Below are positions 19,308 to 29,164 of a DNA stretch of 64,000 bases, piece after piece. Source of the DNA: a virus. How positions within the stretch are numbered: position 1 is the first letter of the stretch; each line of letters starts with the position of its first letter. The stretch spans positions 3,884 to 67,883 of IMG/VR virus record IMGVR_UViG_3300007735_000974; one strand, written 5' to 3'. Below the pieces are notes generated by a model. That model saw only the letters and a program-made list of their open reading frames with translations. It was not told the origin of the DNA and did not search any database. Both the position numbers and the translations under genes were made by a program.

Positions 19308-20627
<1,320 letters not shown>

Positions 20628-20634
20628 TTTACTT

Positions 20635-20671
20635 GGGGATGCTTGACATCCCTTTCTTTTTCCTATATAAT
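20635..20671 (+). promoter_or_regulatory. Terminator-like hairpin overlapping a consensus sigma70 promoter for hli
   Basis: GGGATG-CTTGA-CATCCC plus T tract; TTGACA 20643-20648, 17-nt spacer, TATAAT 20666-20671. Confidence 0.75.
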
Positions 20672-20698
20672 TGTGTAACAATTCGTAATAAAACGAAA

Positions 20699-20908
20699 AT
20701 GACTGTAACAACTAATGAACGCGGACAACAAAATATGTTCGCTAAAGAACCTAAGATGTATGTCTCGCAAAGTGATGCAGAACGCTATGCGCTTCAAACA
20801 CACGCAGAACGTGCTGAACTCTTGAATGGACGCACTGCGATGTTGGGATTTGTTGCTGCACTTGTATCTTATGCAACAACAGGACACCTCTTCTTTGGTG
20901 TAGTATAA
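20699..20908 (+). CDS. hli: High-light-inducible protein
   Basis: AELLNGRTAMLGF (ExxNGRxAMxG) and MFAKEPKMY N-terminus. Confidence 0.93.
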   Translation: MTVTTNERGQQNMFAKEPKMYVSQSDAERYALQTHAERAELLNGRTAMLGFVAALVSYATTGHLFFGVV

Positions 20909-20994
20909 TGAGTGAAGCAATCTTTACCATAACAAGTATTGCCTTCTTTGTGCTTCTTGCACATTCTATCAATCAACTTTCAGAAACTTATTAA
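20908..20994 (+). CDS. Small hydrophobic peptide (MSEAIFTITSIAFFVLLAHSINQLSETY)
   Basis: TAATG translational coupling to the hli stop; 28 codons. Confidence 0.5.
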   Translation: MSEAIFTITSIAFFVLLAHSINQLSETY

Positions 20995-21005
20995 GGAGAA
21001 AAACA

Positions 21006-21113
21006 ATGAACGAACGCGCAGAACGTATTAATGGTTGGTTTGCTATGATTGGAATCGTAGCAGCAATGGGTGCTTATGCATTGACGGGCCAAGTAATTCC
21101 TGGAGTATGGTGA
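21006..21113 (+). CDS. hli: High-light-inducible protein, short form (35 aa)
   Basis: MNERAERINGWFAMIGIVAAMGAYALTGQVIPGVW with AGGAG RBS; below the ORF-track cutoff. Confidence 0.92.
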   Translation: MNERAERINGWFAMIGIVAAMGAYALTGQVIPGVW

Positions 21114-21114
21114 G

Positions 21115-21240
21115 ATGAATCATCTACCACAACTATTATTAGTTTTGTGGGTAACTTTCATCTGTTGGAAAGCATCTCAACCACCTGATGATGATGACCA
21201 TAGTGGAGGAAAACTTCAACCAGTTTATGTGAGAAAATAA
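21115..21240 (+). CDS. Small membrane peptide with acidic DDDD-GG motif
   Basis: MNHLPQLLLVLWVTFICWKASQPPDDDDHSGGKLQPVYVRK, directly after hli. Confidence 0.55.
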   Translation: MNHLPQLLLVLWVTFICWKASQPPDDDDHSGGKLQPVYVRK

Positions 21241-21302
21241 AAACAAAATAAGTATTCATAATTATCTCTACTCTAAATATGAGTGGAGATTTTTTTTATT
21301 GT

Positions 21303-21459
21303 ATGCATAGAAACGAATTTTCAAAAGGAAGAAATTAGGTGTTATGTTGAAAAGTTAAAGTGTCAATTGGATAAAGAAAAATACACATCAGATCCAAAAG
21401 GATTGGCGCACAAATACCTTAATCAAGTTTTGGATAAAATTCATGAATATTATAGATGA
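21303..21459 (+). pseudogene. Small phage ORF interrupted by an apparent +1 frameshift
   Basis: ATG at 21303 stops after 11 codons; removing one base from the TTTT/AAAA run gives a 51-aa ORF ending DPKGLAHKYLNQVLDKIHEYYR. Confidence 0.45.
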
Positions 21460-21556
21460 TTTATTATTCTTTTTTAGTTTATTTTGTTTTGGATATAACT
21501 TTAATTATAATAAAGGCATCAAGATCTAAATAGGATAGTGTTACATATGAGGTAAA

Positions 21557-22246
21557 ATGACCTTAGATCTTCATAACTTTTTTAAGTATTATGATGATAA
21601 GAATGAAAATCATGTAGCAGCAGTACAGTGGTTAGAAGATAACCTCCCTGCTGAATATATGGATGATTCAGAAACCGAATGGATTAAAATCTTTAGAACT
21701 AAGCCACCAACTCCACCAGTATTGGCAGTTCCATACTTTAACCAAGTAGATAATTACAGAGATGCACATAGGACTTGCAACTCTTCGTCGTGTGCAATGT
21801 GCTTGGAGTTCCTCAAACCAGGTACTCTCAAAGGTGCAAAAGGCGACGATGCCTATGTACAAAAAGTTTTCGCAATTGGTGATTCAACTGACCACGCAGT
21901 ACAGACGAAAGTTCTTGCTTCTTATGGCGTTAAGTCACATTTTAGTTACAATCTTGGGTTTGCTGATATTGATAGAGAGCTTGCTGCTGGGCGTCCATTG
22001 GTTATCGGTATCCTCCACCGTGGTCCTCTTTCTGCTCCAACTGGCGGTCACATGGTCGTAGTTATTGGTACTACGCCAGATCTTAAAGGTTATTATATTA
22101 ATGACCCATATGGATCATTAAATGATAACTATACTGGTCCAGTAGAGCATGGTAAGAAAACCATTTATACCAAAGATGTTCTCAAGTATCGTTGGTTAGA
22201 TCAAGGTAAACCTGGCACTGGCTGGGGTCGTATTTTCGGTTCGTAA
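21557..22246 (+). CDS. Peptidase C39-like protein (putative lysin)
   Basis: VPYFNQ...RTCNSSSCAM catalytic Cys, GGHM His, INDPYG Asp. Confidence 0.85.
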   Translation: MTLDLHNFFKYYDDKNENHVAAVQWLEDNLPAEYMDDSETEWIKIFRTKPPTPPVLAVPYFNQVDNYRDAHRTCNSSSCAMCLEFLKPGTLKGAKGDDAYVQKVFAIGDSTDHAVQTKVLASYGVKSHFSYNLGFADIDRELAAGRPLVIGILHRGPLSAPTGGHMVVVIGTTPDLKGYYINDPYGSLNDNYTGPVEHGKKTIYTKDVLKYRWLDQGKPGTGWGRIFGS

Positions 22247-22264
22247 TCATCAGGAGACAGAACA

Positions 22265-22915
22265 ATGGCAAAAGTAGATCTACACAATTTTTTCAAGTTT
22301 TATGATGATAAGAATGAAAATCACGTAAAAGGAGTTCAGTGGTTGGAAGATCATCTTCCAGTTCAGTATTTGGAAGATAAAGCAGAATGGGCGGAGATTT
22401 TTAGAAAAAAGACTAATGCTGTAGCAGCACCTGCCGCTGCAGCATCTGGTGATGACGTTCCAGCAGCGGGACTTCAATTGATTAAACAATTTGAAGGATG
22501 CCGATTGAATGCATATCCAGATCCTCTTACAGGAGGTCTTCCAATCACAATTGGATGGGGATGCACTAGAGATAAGAATGGTGGTCCATTTAAATTAGGT
22601 CAATCTATTACACAAGCAGAAGCAGATTCATTGTTAATGGATGAATGCCGTAAGAACTTCCTTCCAGCACTTCGTAAAATTCCACATTGGAATGAAATGA
22701 GTGATGGTAAGAGAGGTGCATTACTTTCTTTTGCTTATAACTTGGGTGCTGGTTTTTATGGTAGTGGTGACTTTAATACTATTACCAAACGTCTAAAAAA
22801 TAAAGAATGGGATTTAGTTCCTGATGCTTTATATCTCTACCGCAATCCTGGTTCAAATGTAGAAGCAGGTCTTGCTCGTAGAAGAAAGGCAGAAGGTGAA
22901 TTTTGGAAGAAGTAA
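22265..22915 (+). CDS. Lysozyme (GH24) with N-terminal domain shared with the C39 protein
   Basis: LIKQFEG, AYPDP...TIGWG, ALLSFAYNLG, GLARRRKAE. Confidence 0.92.
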   Translation: MAKVDLHNFFKFYDDKNENHVKGVQWLEDHLPVQYLEDKAEWAEIFRKKTNAVAAPAAAASGDDVPAAGLQLIKQFEGCRLNAYPDPLTGGLPITIGWGCTRDKNGGPFKLGQSITQAEADSLLMDECRKNFLPALRKIPHWNEMSDGKRGALLSFAYNLGAGFYGSGDFNTITKRLKNKEWDLVPDALYLYRNPGSNVEAGLARRRKAEGEFWKK

Positions 22916-22916
22916 A

Positions 22917-23408
22917 ATGAAAACATTCCAGGAATTTTTAAAAGAAGCATCTTGTTCTTGTGATAAAAGAACTAGTGTGAAAGAGTTTGAAAAACTTATT
23001 CCTAAGTTTCTTCCATTTGTTTTCAAAGAATTGAAAATGAAAAAGAAGCAAATTCCTCCTATGCATTTTCCTCACGATGAACATGATAATGGTAATGGAC
23101 TTCATGTAAAAGATATTCCTGGAATTACATTTACCACTAATTCTGATTGGGGACAAACAAAACACACTTGGGGGCAAACAAGTTCAAAAAATCGTATTGT
23201 GGTTGATATTAAAAATCGCCATCCATTAGATGCATTAAGAACATTGGGACATGAGATCGTTCATTATCATCAACATATAAATGGTATTCACGGTGATGGT
23301 GTAACTGGAAGTCCGACAGAGAACGAAGCAAATGCACGTTCTGCTGTTATGATGAGAAACTTTGATGCTGCCTATCCAGAGGTCTTCAAAATGCATCCTA
23401 TAGAATAA
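22917..23408 (+). CDS. Putative Zn-metallopeptidase-like protein with T4 capsid-targeting-like N-terminus
   Basis: MKTFQEFLKE start; RTLGHEIVHYHQ (HExxH) and downstream E.EAN. Confidence 0.6.
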   Translation: MKTFQEFLKEASCSCDKRTSVKEFEKLIPKFLPFVFKELKMKKKQIPPMHFPHDEHDNGNGLHVKDIPGITFTTNSDWGQTKHTWGQTSSKNRIVVDIKNRHPLDALRTLGHEIVHYHQHINGIHGDGVTGSPTENEANARSAVMMRNFDAAYPEVFKMHPIE

Positions 23409-23429
23409 ATAAAATCTTTACTTAAAAAA

Positions 23430-23816
23430 ATGAAACTTTTTAAAATTGGTGCAGTGGTTGCTGCCCTTTCTTTAGCAACATTATCTGTTAAGGCAGATGT
23501 TATTACTGGAGTTCACGATGGAGATACTGTAACAACATCATCAGGTGAAAAGATTCGTCTCGCTTGTATTGATGCTCCAGAAGTAACAAATAACAAGCAC
23601 GGTAAAAAGGATCCGATTGGTGGTCCAGCAGCACAGAAATGGTTGTCTGATTTAGTTCTTAATCAAGATATTAAAATTGAAAGAGTTACTAAAGACCTTT
23701 ATGGTAGAACTGTTGGTCGTCTTTTCCTTTCTGATGGAACTGAAATCAATCAACAGGCAGTTGCAACAGGTCATGCTGTAGTTTATATGCCAAAGGCATG
23801 TCCTTGGGCTAAATAG
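23430..23816 (+). CDS. Thermonuclease (SNase) family protein with signal peptide
   Basis: VHDGDT, IRLACIDAPE, DLYGRTVG. Confidence 0.9.
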   Translation: MKLFKIGAVVAALSLATLSVKADVITGVHDGDTVTTSSGEKIRLACIDAPEVTNNKHGKKDPIGGPAAQKWLSDLVLNQDIKIERVTKDLYGRTVGRLFLSDGTEINQQAVATGHAVVYMPKACPWAK

Positions 23817-23861
23817 GTTAGAATAATTATCTAAAGTGAGTCCACCATTATTTTAGATACA

Positions 23862-24224
23862 ATGTCTAATTCATCAAACAAAAGAGAAAATGGTATGGGA
23901 ACTTTGATTCGTGTTACTGTTTTAAGTTGGGCAGCTGCCCTTTTGACTGCTAGTTATGCTGGATTGCTTCCCAAAATGGATCCAACCTTCATTGCTACAG
24001 TCTTTACTGCTTCTGCGGCAACATTTGGTGTAAATACTATGAAGAAGGATAGTGAAGGAGATGCCAAACGAGATTCCGAACCTGCAATCACCGCAGTTGA
24101 ACCAACTCCAGAACTTGTCGAACCAACAGTTGAACCAGTTGTCGCAACTGAATCAACTGAAGGTTGCCCAACCTGTGGAGATTCCCCAGACTACAGTAGA
24201 GCGTCTGCCTCAACACAAGTTTGA
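23862..24224 (+). CDS. Hypothetical membrane protein
   Basis: Two hydrophobic segments (LSWAAALLTASY; MDPTFIATVFTASAATFG) and an acidic tail. Confidence 0.65.
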   Translation: MSNSSNKRENGMGTLIRVTVLSWAAALLTASYAGLLPKMDPTFIATVFTASAATFGVNTMKKDSEGDAKRDSEPAITAVEPTPELVEPTVEPVVATESTEGCPTCGDSPDYSRASASTQV

Positions 24225-24813
24225 TCTTCCAGTTATAAAGGATTTGGGGCGTCCCATAGTGAACGTTCCAGATCCTTCTTTATCTTATCCTGTACTTCAA
24301 GTTCCAACACAAGAGGAGTTTGATGCTGCCGTAAAAGCGGACCAACAAAAGAAAGAAAAAGAAGAAGAACAGAAAGAAAGAAAATTACCTGATAGTAAAC
24401 CAGTAATTCCGCAGGTTCAAATTCCTGCTCAAAATACACAAGATAATCGGAATATTTCAGATCAACCACCCGTATCTAATCTTGGTGTTCCAGAAATCCA
24501 GGTTCCATTTGTTGGACCAGTTCCAGTGCCACCTAAAGAACAAGTTATGCTTGCTGGAACAACTGCAACTGCATCTGTTGCCGCAGCAATTATAGGTAAG
24601 TCTTTTGTTGAATGGATGGTCAAAAAATTCAAACCAGTTGTAGAAAGAATGTTTGCTCAGGCAAAGAAAATGATGAATAAGGACTTGACACCTTATGAAA
24701 CACAATTAATCTTTACTGCGGCTCTTGATAAAAAACATCTTAAACTACTCAAGAAAGAACAGAAAAAAGAAAAACTAGAACAGAAGAAAAAGTTTGATTC
24801 TAAAAAATCTTAA
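24061..24813 (+). CDS. Hypothetical Pro-rich membrane protein
   Basis: Long ORF with AGTTATASVAAAIIG hydrophobic segment; start uncertain and overlaps the upstream gene. Confidence 0.55.
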   Translation: MPNEIPNLQSPQLNQLQNLSNQQLNQLSQLNQLKVAQPVEIPQTTVERLPQHKFDLPVIKDLGRPIVNVPDPSLSYPVLQVPTQEEFDAAVKADQQKKEKEEEQKERKLPDSKPVIPQVQIPAQNTQDNRNISDQPPVSNLGVPEIQVPFVGPVPVPPKEQVMLAGTTATASVAAAIIGKSFVEWMVKKFKPVVERMFAQAKKMMNKDLTPYETQLIFTAALDKKHLKLLKKEQKKEKLEQKKKFDSKKS

Positions 24814-25012
24814 AGTCTCTGGTTCCAGGAATTTTTGGAAGAGGTAGATTTTTTAGTAAATCATTTACTCTGTGTTCTACAATTTTATTAATCATCTCTT
24901 CTGGATGATTAATCATATCTTCTGCTTTTTTATAAGTTACATAAGCACCAACTGCTAAACCTAAAGATACAGTTAAACTGAGTGCTGATAAGATTAATGA
25001 GAGTTCTTTCAT
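24800..25012 (-). CDS. Hypothetical membrane protein
   Basis: MKELSLILSALSL... with GGAGG RBS. Confidence 0.65.
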   Translation of the reverse strand: MKELSLILSALSLTVSLGLAVGAYVTYKKAEDMINHPEEMINKIVEHRVNDLLKNLPLPKIPGTRDFKIF

Positions 25013-25119
25013 TGATGTTCCTCCAAATACGCCAATCGTAGTATATAGTAAATACTCCAAAGAGTTCCTACTAAACCAAGTCCAAGAATTATAATTACAC
25101 CCCAAGGTAGTTCAGTCAT
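25009..25119 (-). CDS. Small membrane protein (MTELPWGVIIILGLGLVGTLWSIYYILRLAYLEEHQ)
   Basis: ATGA-coupled on both sides within the minus-strand operon. Confidence 0.6.
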   Translation of the reverse strand: MTELPWGVIIILGLGLVGTLWSIYYILRLAYLEEHQ

Positions 25120-25853
25120 TTTTTAGGAATACACTCCTGTTTCTTTTTGTTCTCATTATATGGATAATATTTACCTTCTGGTTTCATAAATCCACAACCA
25201 ATCAACCATTCTTTTGTTTTTGGTGTTGGTGGATATTCTTTATAAAGAGTTTTATTTGCACAAGCCTCTAATCCTTTAGCAGTTTCACCTTTTTGATTTG
25301 CTGCCCAGATTGCATCTGCTTCCCAGGGAATTGCTGCACCTTGACCTGCAAGACCATAAAGTTCTTCTGCTCTTGCCTTTACCCAATTTGGAATTTGATC
25401 ATCGTGATAAACTTGAGCGATGAATGGATTTGAAACACCTCCTGCCATACAATCTTGAACTGTATGCCATCCTTCGTGACGTAGAGTGCTTAGGAATCCT
25501 CTAGGATCATCTAAAAGATCTCTACGAATAAAGAATCTATTATAATCTGGTTTATAAATTCCATTCAAATATCTTGGAAAGTATTTTTTATCTCCAATAT
25601 AAACACCAACATTAATCTTATCTAAAGCAACAATAATTTTTGATGCTTCATCTGCCATTTCTGGAATGAATTTATCAAATTTATAATCTGCGTGGATCTG
25701 TTCTACACCTTTCATACATTCCAAAAGGATCATACACCCAAGAGCAGCATTGCTATTATCTGGAAGATCTTGTGTATCTTTTCCAGGAGTAACTGCGAGT
25801 GTAGGTAAAGTTAAACTTAATGAAAGTCCAATTGCCGTAAGTAGTTTTTTCAT
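25116..25853 (-). CDS. Secreted HExxH metallopeptidase-like protein
   Basis: MKKLLTAIG signal peptide; LRHEGWHTVQDC; PWEADA. Confidence 0.65.
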   Translation of the reverse strand: MKKLLTAIGLSLSLTLPTLAVTPGKDTQDLPDNSNAALGCMILLECMKGVEQIHADYKFDKFIPEMADEASKIIVALDKINVGVYIGDKKYFPRYLNGIYKPDYNRFFIRRDLLDDPRGFLSTLRHEGWHTVQDCMAGGVSNPFIAQVYHDDQIPNWVKARAEELYGLAGQGAAIPWEADAIWAANQKGETAKGLEACANKTLYKEYPPTPKTKEWLIGCGFMKPEGKYYPYNENKKKQECIPKK

Positions 25854-26050
25854 TCGTTCCAACATCCTTCTTCTTTGTGTATCCAAACCTTCAAGTTTTT
25901 TACATATTTTCTTAATATTTCTGCTTGTTCCTCGTGCCACGGATCTCCTGTTTCCATTCCGATCCTTGTGTGATTGTCTATTGCTTTTAATATTTGGTGT
26001 ATTGGTTTATTCCAACACTCACGTTTGGGAGTGTTCCACTCTCTTGGCAT
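25850..26050 (-). CDS. Hypothetical protein
   Basis: MPREWNTPKRECWN...; GAGG RBS; coupled to the next gene. Confidence 0.65.
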   Translation of the reverse strand: MPREWNTPKRECWNKPIHQILKAIDNHTRIGMETGDPWHEEQAEILRKYVKNLKVWIHKEEGCWNE

Positions 26051-26056
26051 AAATCC

Positions 26057-26173
26057 TCACTTTTTCTTACCACCATTTTTTGCTTTTTTGGCAGTCGCAT
26101 TGCCTTGATTTTGTTTGGAGTTCTTTTGTCCTCCAGCAGAACCTTTTTTACCTTTGTTTGCTGACTTTGCCAT
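26057..26173 (-). CDS. Small Lys/Gly-rich basic protein (MAKSANKGKKGSAGG...KNGGKKK)
   Basis: 38 codons, preceded on the minus strand by a late-promoter-like ATAAATA (~26195-26201). Confidence 0.55.
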   Translation of the reverse strand: MAKSANKGKKGSAGGQKNSKQNQGNATAKKAKNGGKKK

Positions 26174-26768
26174 TGTTCTGTTGTATTGACTTAGTATTTA
26201 TTGAATTTACTGGATCAATTGTAACAATTTTTGGTGGTTGTATTATAATATCCGCACAAATTTTTGCATAAGGACTATTAGGATGAAAATCAACTCCAGA
26301 TTTCTTTGCTTCTCCACATTTGATTAATCTTACAAGTTCAAAATCAAGACGTGCTTTTGCTGCTTCTGCATCTTGTCTTTCTATTTCTGTTCGCACTCTT
26401 TGTTTGCAGAGTTCTTGTAATGAACCATCAAGAGGAAAGTTAAAACCCATTGAAAATCCAAAGTTTCCATTATAAGTTTGAAATGATGTTGGGTCTTGAC
26501 TAAAATTTGTACTGCCTAAAAGAAAAGGTGCAAAACTCATTGTAGGTCCTTGGCAAGAAACACCAGCACCATAAGTATTTGTAGCATAAGGACCTTGAAG
26601 AACCTGAACTGCCTGATTGGTTACATTGCCAGTTGCAGATGCTGAAGGTCCTGCTATGTTTGTGTTTGATGGTGCTTGCTGAGCCATTGCTGACCCAGCA
26701 AACATTATTGCGTAAAGACAGAGATTGAATTTGTTGTAGAATCTTCTGTAGTTTTTCTGTCGATCCAT
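26148..26768 (-). CDS. Hypothetical exported protein
   Basis: SAMAQ cleavage-like site, GVSCQGP, RLDFELVRL..C; start uncertain. Confidence 0.65.
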   Translation of the reverse strand: MDRQKNYRRFYNKFNLCLYAIMFAGSAMAQQAPSNTNIAGPSASATGNVTNQAVQVLQGPYATNTYGAGVSCQGPTMSFAPFLLGSTNFSQDPTSFQTYNGNFGFSMGFNFPLDGSLQELCKQRVRTEIERQDAEAAKARLDFELVRLIKCGEAKKSGVDFHPNSPYAKICADIIIQPPKIVTIDPVNSINTKSIQQNNGKVSKQR

Positions 26769-27067
26769 GTCTCTTTACTGATACCAGGTGTCAGTGATGT
26801 TTCACTAAACTGGAATGCGGCACCTTGATTATAAATTGAATAGTTTGCTCCTGGTTGAGGTCTTCCAGGAATATTGATATTCGTGCCAGTTACAGTATAT
26901 GAATTTCCAGTGGAATATTCTATTTGGTGAATGTTCTCAATAACTTCAGTATGTGTTTTTGTTTCTGCTGTGATGGTTCCACTCGTAAAATTTGGAACCA
27001 CGGGAACCGCTAGGGCAGTGGATGAAGAAAACCCTAGCAGAAATAAACCTGCTAGGAATTTTCTCAT
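26705..27067 (-). CDS. Hypothetical exported beta-rich protein
   Basis: Signal peptide followed by VPVVPNFTSG. Confidence 0.7.
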   Translation of the reverse strand: MRKFLAGLFLLGFSSSTALAVPVVPNFTSGTITAETKTHTEVIENIHQIEYSTGNSYTVTGTNINIPGRPQPGANYSIYNQGAAFQFSETSLTPGISKETWIDRKTTEDSTTNSISVFTQ

Positions 27068-27525
27068 TTGAATACACTCAATTCAACACTACGTTGTGCT
27101 GTTGCGGTAGTACCAGGACCACCAGCGGTTACCGTAGGAACTCCAGTGCCACTTAAAGTTCCTGCAAGAGAACCTTTATCACCTGCCAACTGAGTAACAG
27201 AATCTCCATAAAGGTTTGGTGAGGAAATTGCTCCAGATGACCATGTTTGACTGGTTACTGAGGTATCAGCAGCATTTTTAGTTTCTGAAAAACTAAATGA
27301 TTGTCCAGCAGTATTGACATCATAAGAACCAGCAGTTCCAACACCACCAAATGTTGTTGCTTTAATATTTGAACCCGAAACCGAGTATGATGCGCCAATT
27401 CTGGTTGATTGAACCGCAGCACCCTGAACGCCTAATTGTACGGAATCAGTTATTTTGTTTGTAATCTCACCAGCAAAAGCAGGAGTAACCAAGAATAACG
27501 AAAAGATAAGAGATAATCTTTTCAT
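27064..27525 (-). CDS. Hypothetical exported Ser/Thr/Gly-rich protein
   Basis: Signal peptide (PAFA), EITNKITDSVQL; late-promoter-like ATAAATA upstream on the minus strand. Confidence 0.7.
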   Translation of the reverse strand: MKRLSLIFSLFLVTPAFAGEITNKITDSVQLGVQGAAVQSTRIGASYSVSGSNIKATTFGGVGTAGSYDVNTAGQSFSFSETKNAADTSVTSQTWSSGAISSPNLYGDSVTQLAGDKGSLAGTLSGTGVPTVTAGGPGTTATAQRSVELSVFK

Positions 27526-27622
27526 TGTTCTATTTTATAGGACTATAAGTATTTATCGACATATTTTTTTATATTTGACTACTTGTGCCATACTATAAAT
27601 AAGTCGAATTAATTAATTTGTT

Positions 27623-27847
27623 ATGACCGAACAACAAGAACATCTTGCAAATCTTGTAAAGCAAGCACAAGACCTTTCCCTTGAATTGGAAGGATTACAA
27701 ATTAAATCTACAACAAAAAGAGAACTATTTTTGAAAGTACAAGGTGCGATTGAGTATCTTACACAAATAGGTGTAACTCTTCCAGAACCAGAACCTGAAG
27801 AAATTCCACTCCCAGAAGCAGAAGAATCTGCGGTAGAAGCAGAATGA
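27623..27847 (+). CDS. Hypothetical coiled-coil protein
   Basis: TATAAATA at 27594-27601 upstream; terminator downstream. Confidence 0.65.
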   Translation: MTEQQEHLANLVKQAQDLSLELEGLQIKSTTKRELFLKVQGAIEYLTQIGVTLPEPEPEEIPLPEAEESAVEAE

Positions 27848-27852
27848 TTTAC

Positions 27853-27875
27853 AGTCCCCGAAAGGGGACTTTTTT
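27853..27875 (+). terminator. Intrinsic terminator
   Basis: AGTCCCC-GAAA-GGGGACT followed by a T tract. Confidence 0.85.
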
Positions 27876-27880
27876 ATGAC

Positions 27881-27941
27881 TTGACAGGATTTCCTGACAA
27901 TGCTATGATAAATAAATGTTAAGAAATGAAACATTTCTTAA
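27881..27941 (+). promoter_or_regulatory. psbA promoter region: sigma70 promoter, late-type ATAAATA and a palindrome
   Basis: TTGACA 27881-27886, 17 nt, TG-C-TATGAT 27904-27909; TTAAGAAATG-AAA-CATTTCTTAA inverted repeat at 27919-27941. Confidence 0.7.
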
Positions 27942-27943
27942 TC

Positions 27944-28041
27944 TTGCCCCACCGAGACTAATGGGCAAATAAAATCCGTCTCTCATACCCACACTGGAGG
28001 GTGGTGTGGGATATACTGTAATCGTTCAGTTCCCCCTGAAC
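27944..28041 (+). ncRNA. Structured psbA 5' leader, PhotoRC-II-like RNA motif
   Basis: Hairpins TTGCCC/GGGCAA, CCCACAC/GTGTGGG, GTTCAG/CTGAAC; loop GAGAC complementary to downstream GTCTC (pseudoknot). The family name is recalled, not searched. Confidence 0.6.
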
Positions 28042-28062
28042 TTATACCTACCCTTTTAACAA

Positions 28063-29145
28063 ATGACTGCTACAATTGCTTCACGCCGCTCTGGCGAAAA
28101 TACCTGGGAACAATTCTGCTCTTGGGTGACTTCTACGAACAACCGCCTTTATGTCGGCTGGTTCGGTGTATTGATGATTCCAACGTTGCTTGCTGCAACC
28201 ACTTGCTTCATCATCGCATTCGTCGGTGCTCCCCCTGTGGACATTGACGGTATTCGTGAACCCGTTGCTGGTTCACTCATGTATGGAAACAACATCATCT
28301 CTGGTGCCGTTGTTCCTTCTTCTAATGCTATCGGTCTTCACTTTTATCCCATTTGGGAAGCTGCTTCCCTGGATGAATGGCTTTACAATGGCGGCCCTTT
28401 CCAACTTGTTGTATTCCACTTCCTCATTGGCATCTACTGCTATATGGGACGTGAATGGGAACTCTCTTATCGTTTAGGTATGCGTCCTTGGATTATGGTT
28501 GCTTACAGCGCACCTGTTGCTGCTGCATCTGCTGTATTCCTGGTCTATCCTTTCGGTCAAGGTTCTTTCTCTGATGCAATGCCTCTGGGTATCAGTGGCA
28601 CTTTCAACTACATGCTTGTGTTCCAGGCAGAACATAACATCCTGATGCACCCCTTCCATATGCTTGGAGTTGCTGGTGTGTTCGGTGGTTCACTGTTCAG
28701 TGCTATGCACGGTTCTCTGGTTACTTCTTCGTTGGTTCGTGAAACCACCGAGAATGAGTCACAGAATTATGGTTACAAGTTCGGTCAAGAAGAAGAGACA
28801 TACAACATCGTTGCTGCACACGGTTATTTTGGACGCCTTATTTTCCAATACGCTTCCTTTAATAACTCACGTTCACTGCACTTCTTCCTTGCTGCTTGGC
28901 CCGTTGTAGGCATCTGGTTCACTGCTCTTGGTGTTTCTACGATGGCTTTTAATTTAAACGGGTGGAATTTTAACCAAAGTATTTTGGACTCACAAGGACG
29001 TGTAGTTAACTCTTGGGCAGATGTCCTCAATCGTGCTGGACTCGGAATGGAAGTTATGCATGAGCGTAATGCCCACAACTTTCCTCTGGACCTTGCTGCG
29101 GCAACCAACACTCCTGTTGCCCTGACTGCACCAAGTATCGGTTGA
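28063..29145 (+). CDS. psbA: Photosystem II D1 protein
   Basis: Full-length D1: [36 protein letters not shown]; no intron. Confidence 0.99.
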   Translation: MTATIASRRSGENTWEQFCSWVTSTNNRLYVGWFGVLMIPTLLAATTCFIIAFVGAPPVDIDGIREPVAGSLMYGNNIISGAVVPSSNAIGLHFYPIWEAASLDEWLYNGGPFQLVVFHFLIGIYCYMGREWELSYRLGMRPWIMVAYSAPVAAASAVFLVYPFGQGSFSDAMPLGISGTFNYMLVFQAEHNILMHPFHMLGVAGVFGGSLFSAMHGSLVTSSLVRETTENESQNYGYKFGQEEETYNIVAAHGYFGRLIFQYASFNNSRSLHFFLAAWPVVGIWFTALGVSTMAFNLNGWNFNQSILDSQGRVVNSWADVLNRAGLGMEVMHERNAHNFPLDLAAATNTPVALTAPSIG

Positions 29146-29164
29146 TAAAAACTCAATAGTTTTT

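Noticed and set aside
28063-29145. Intron inside psbA, or an adjacent psbD
   Set aside because: The D1 frame is continuous over 360 codons and no D2 sequence occurs in the window.
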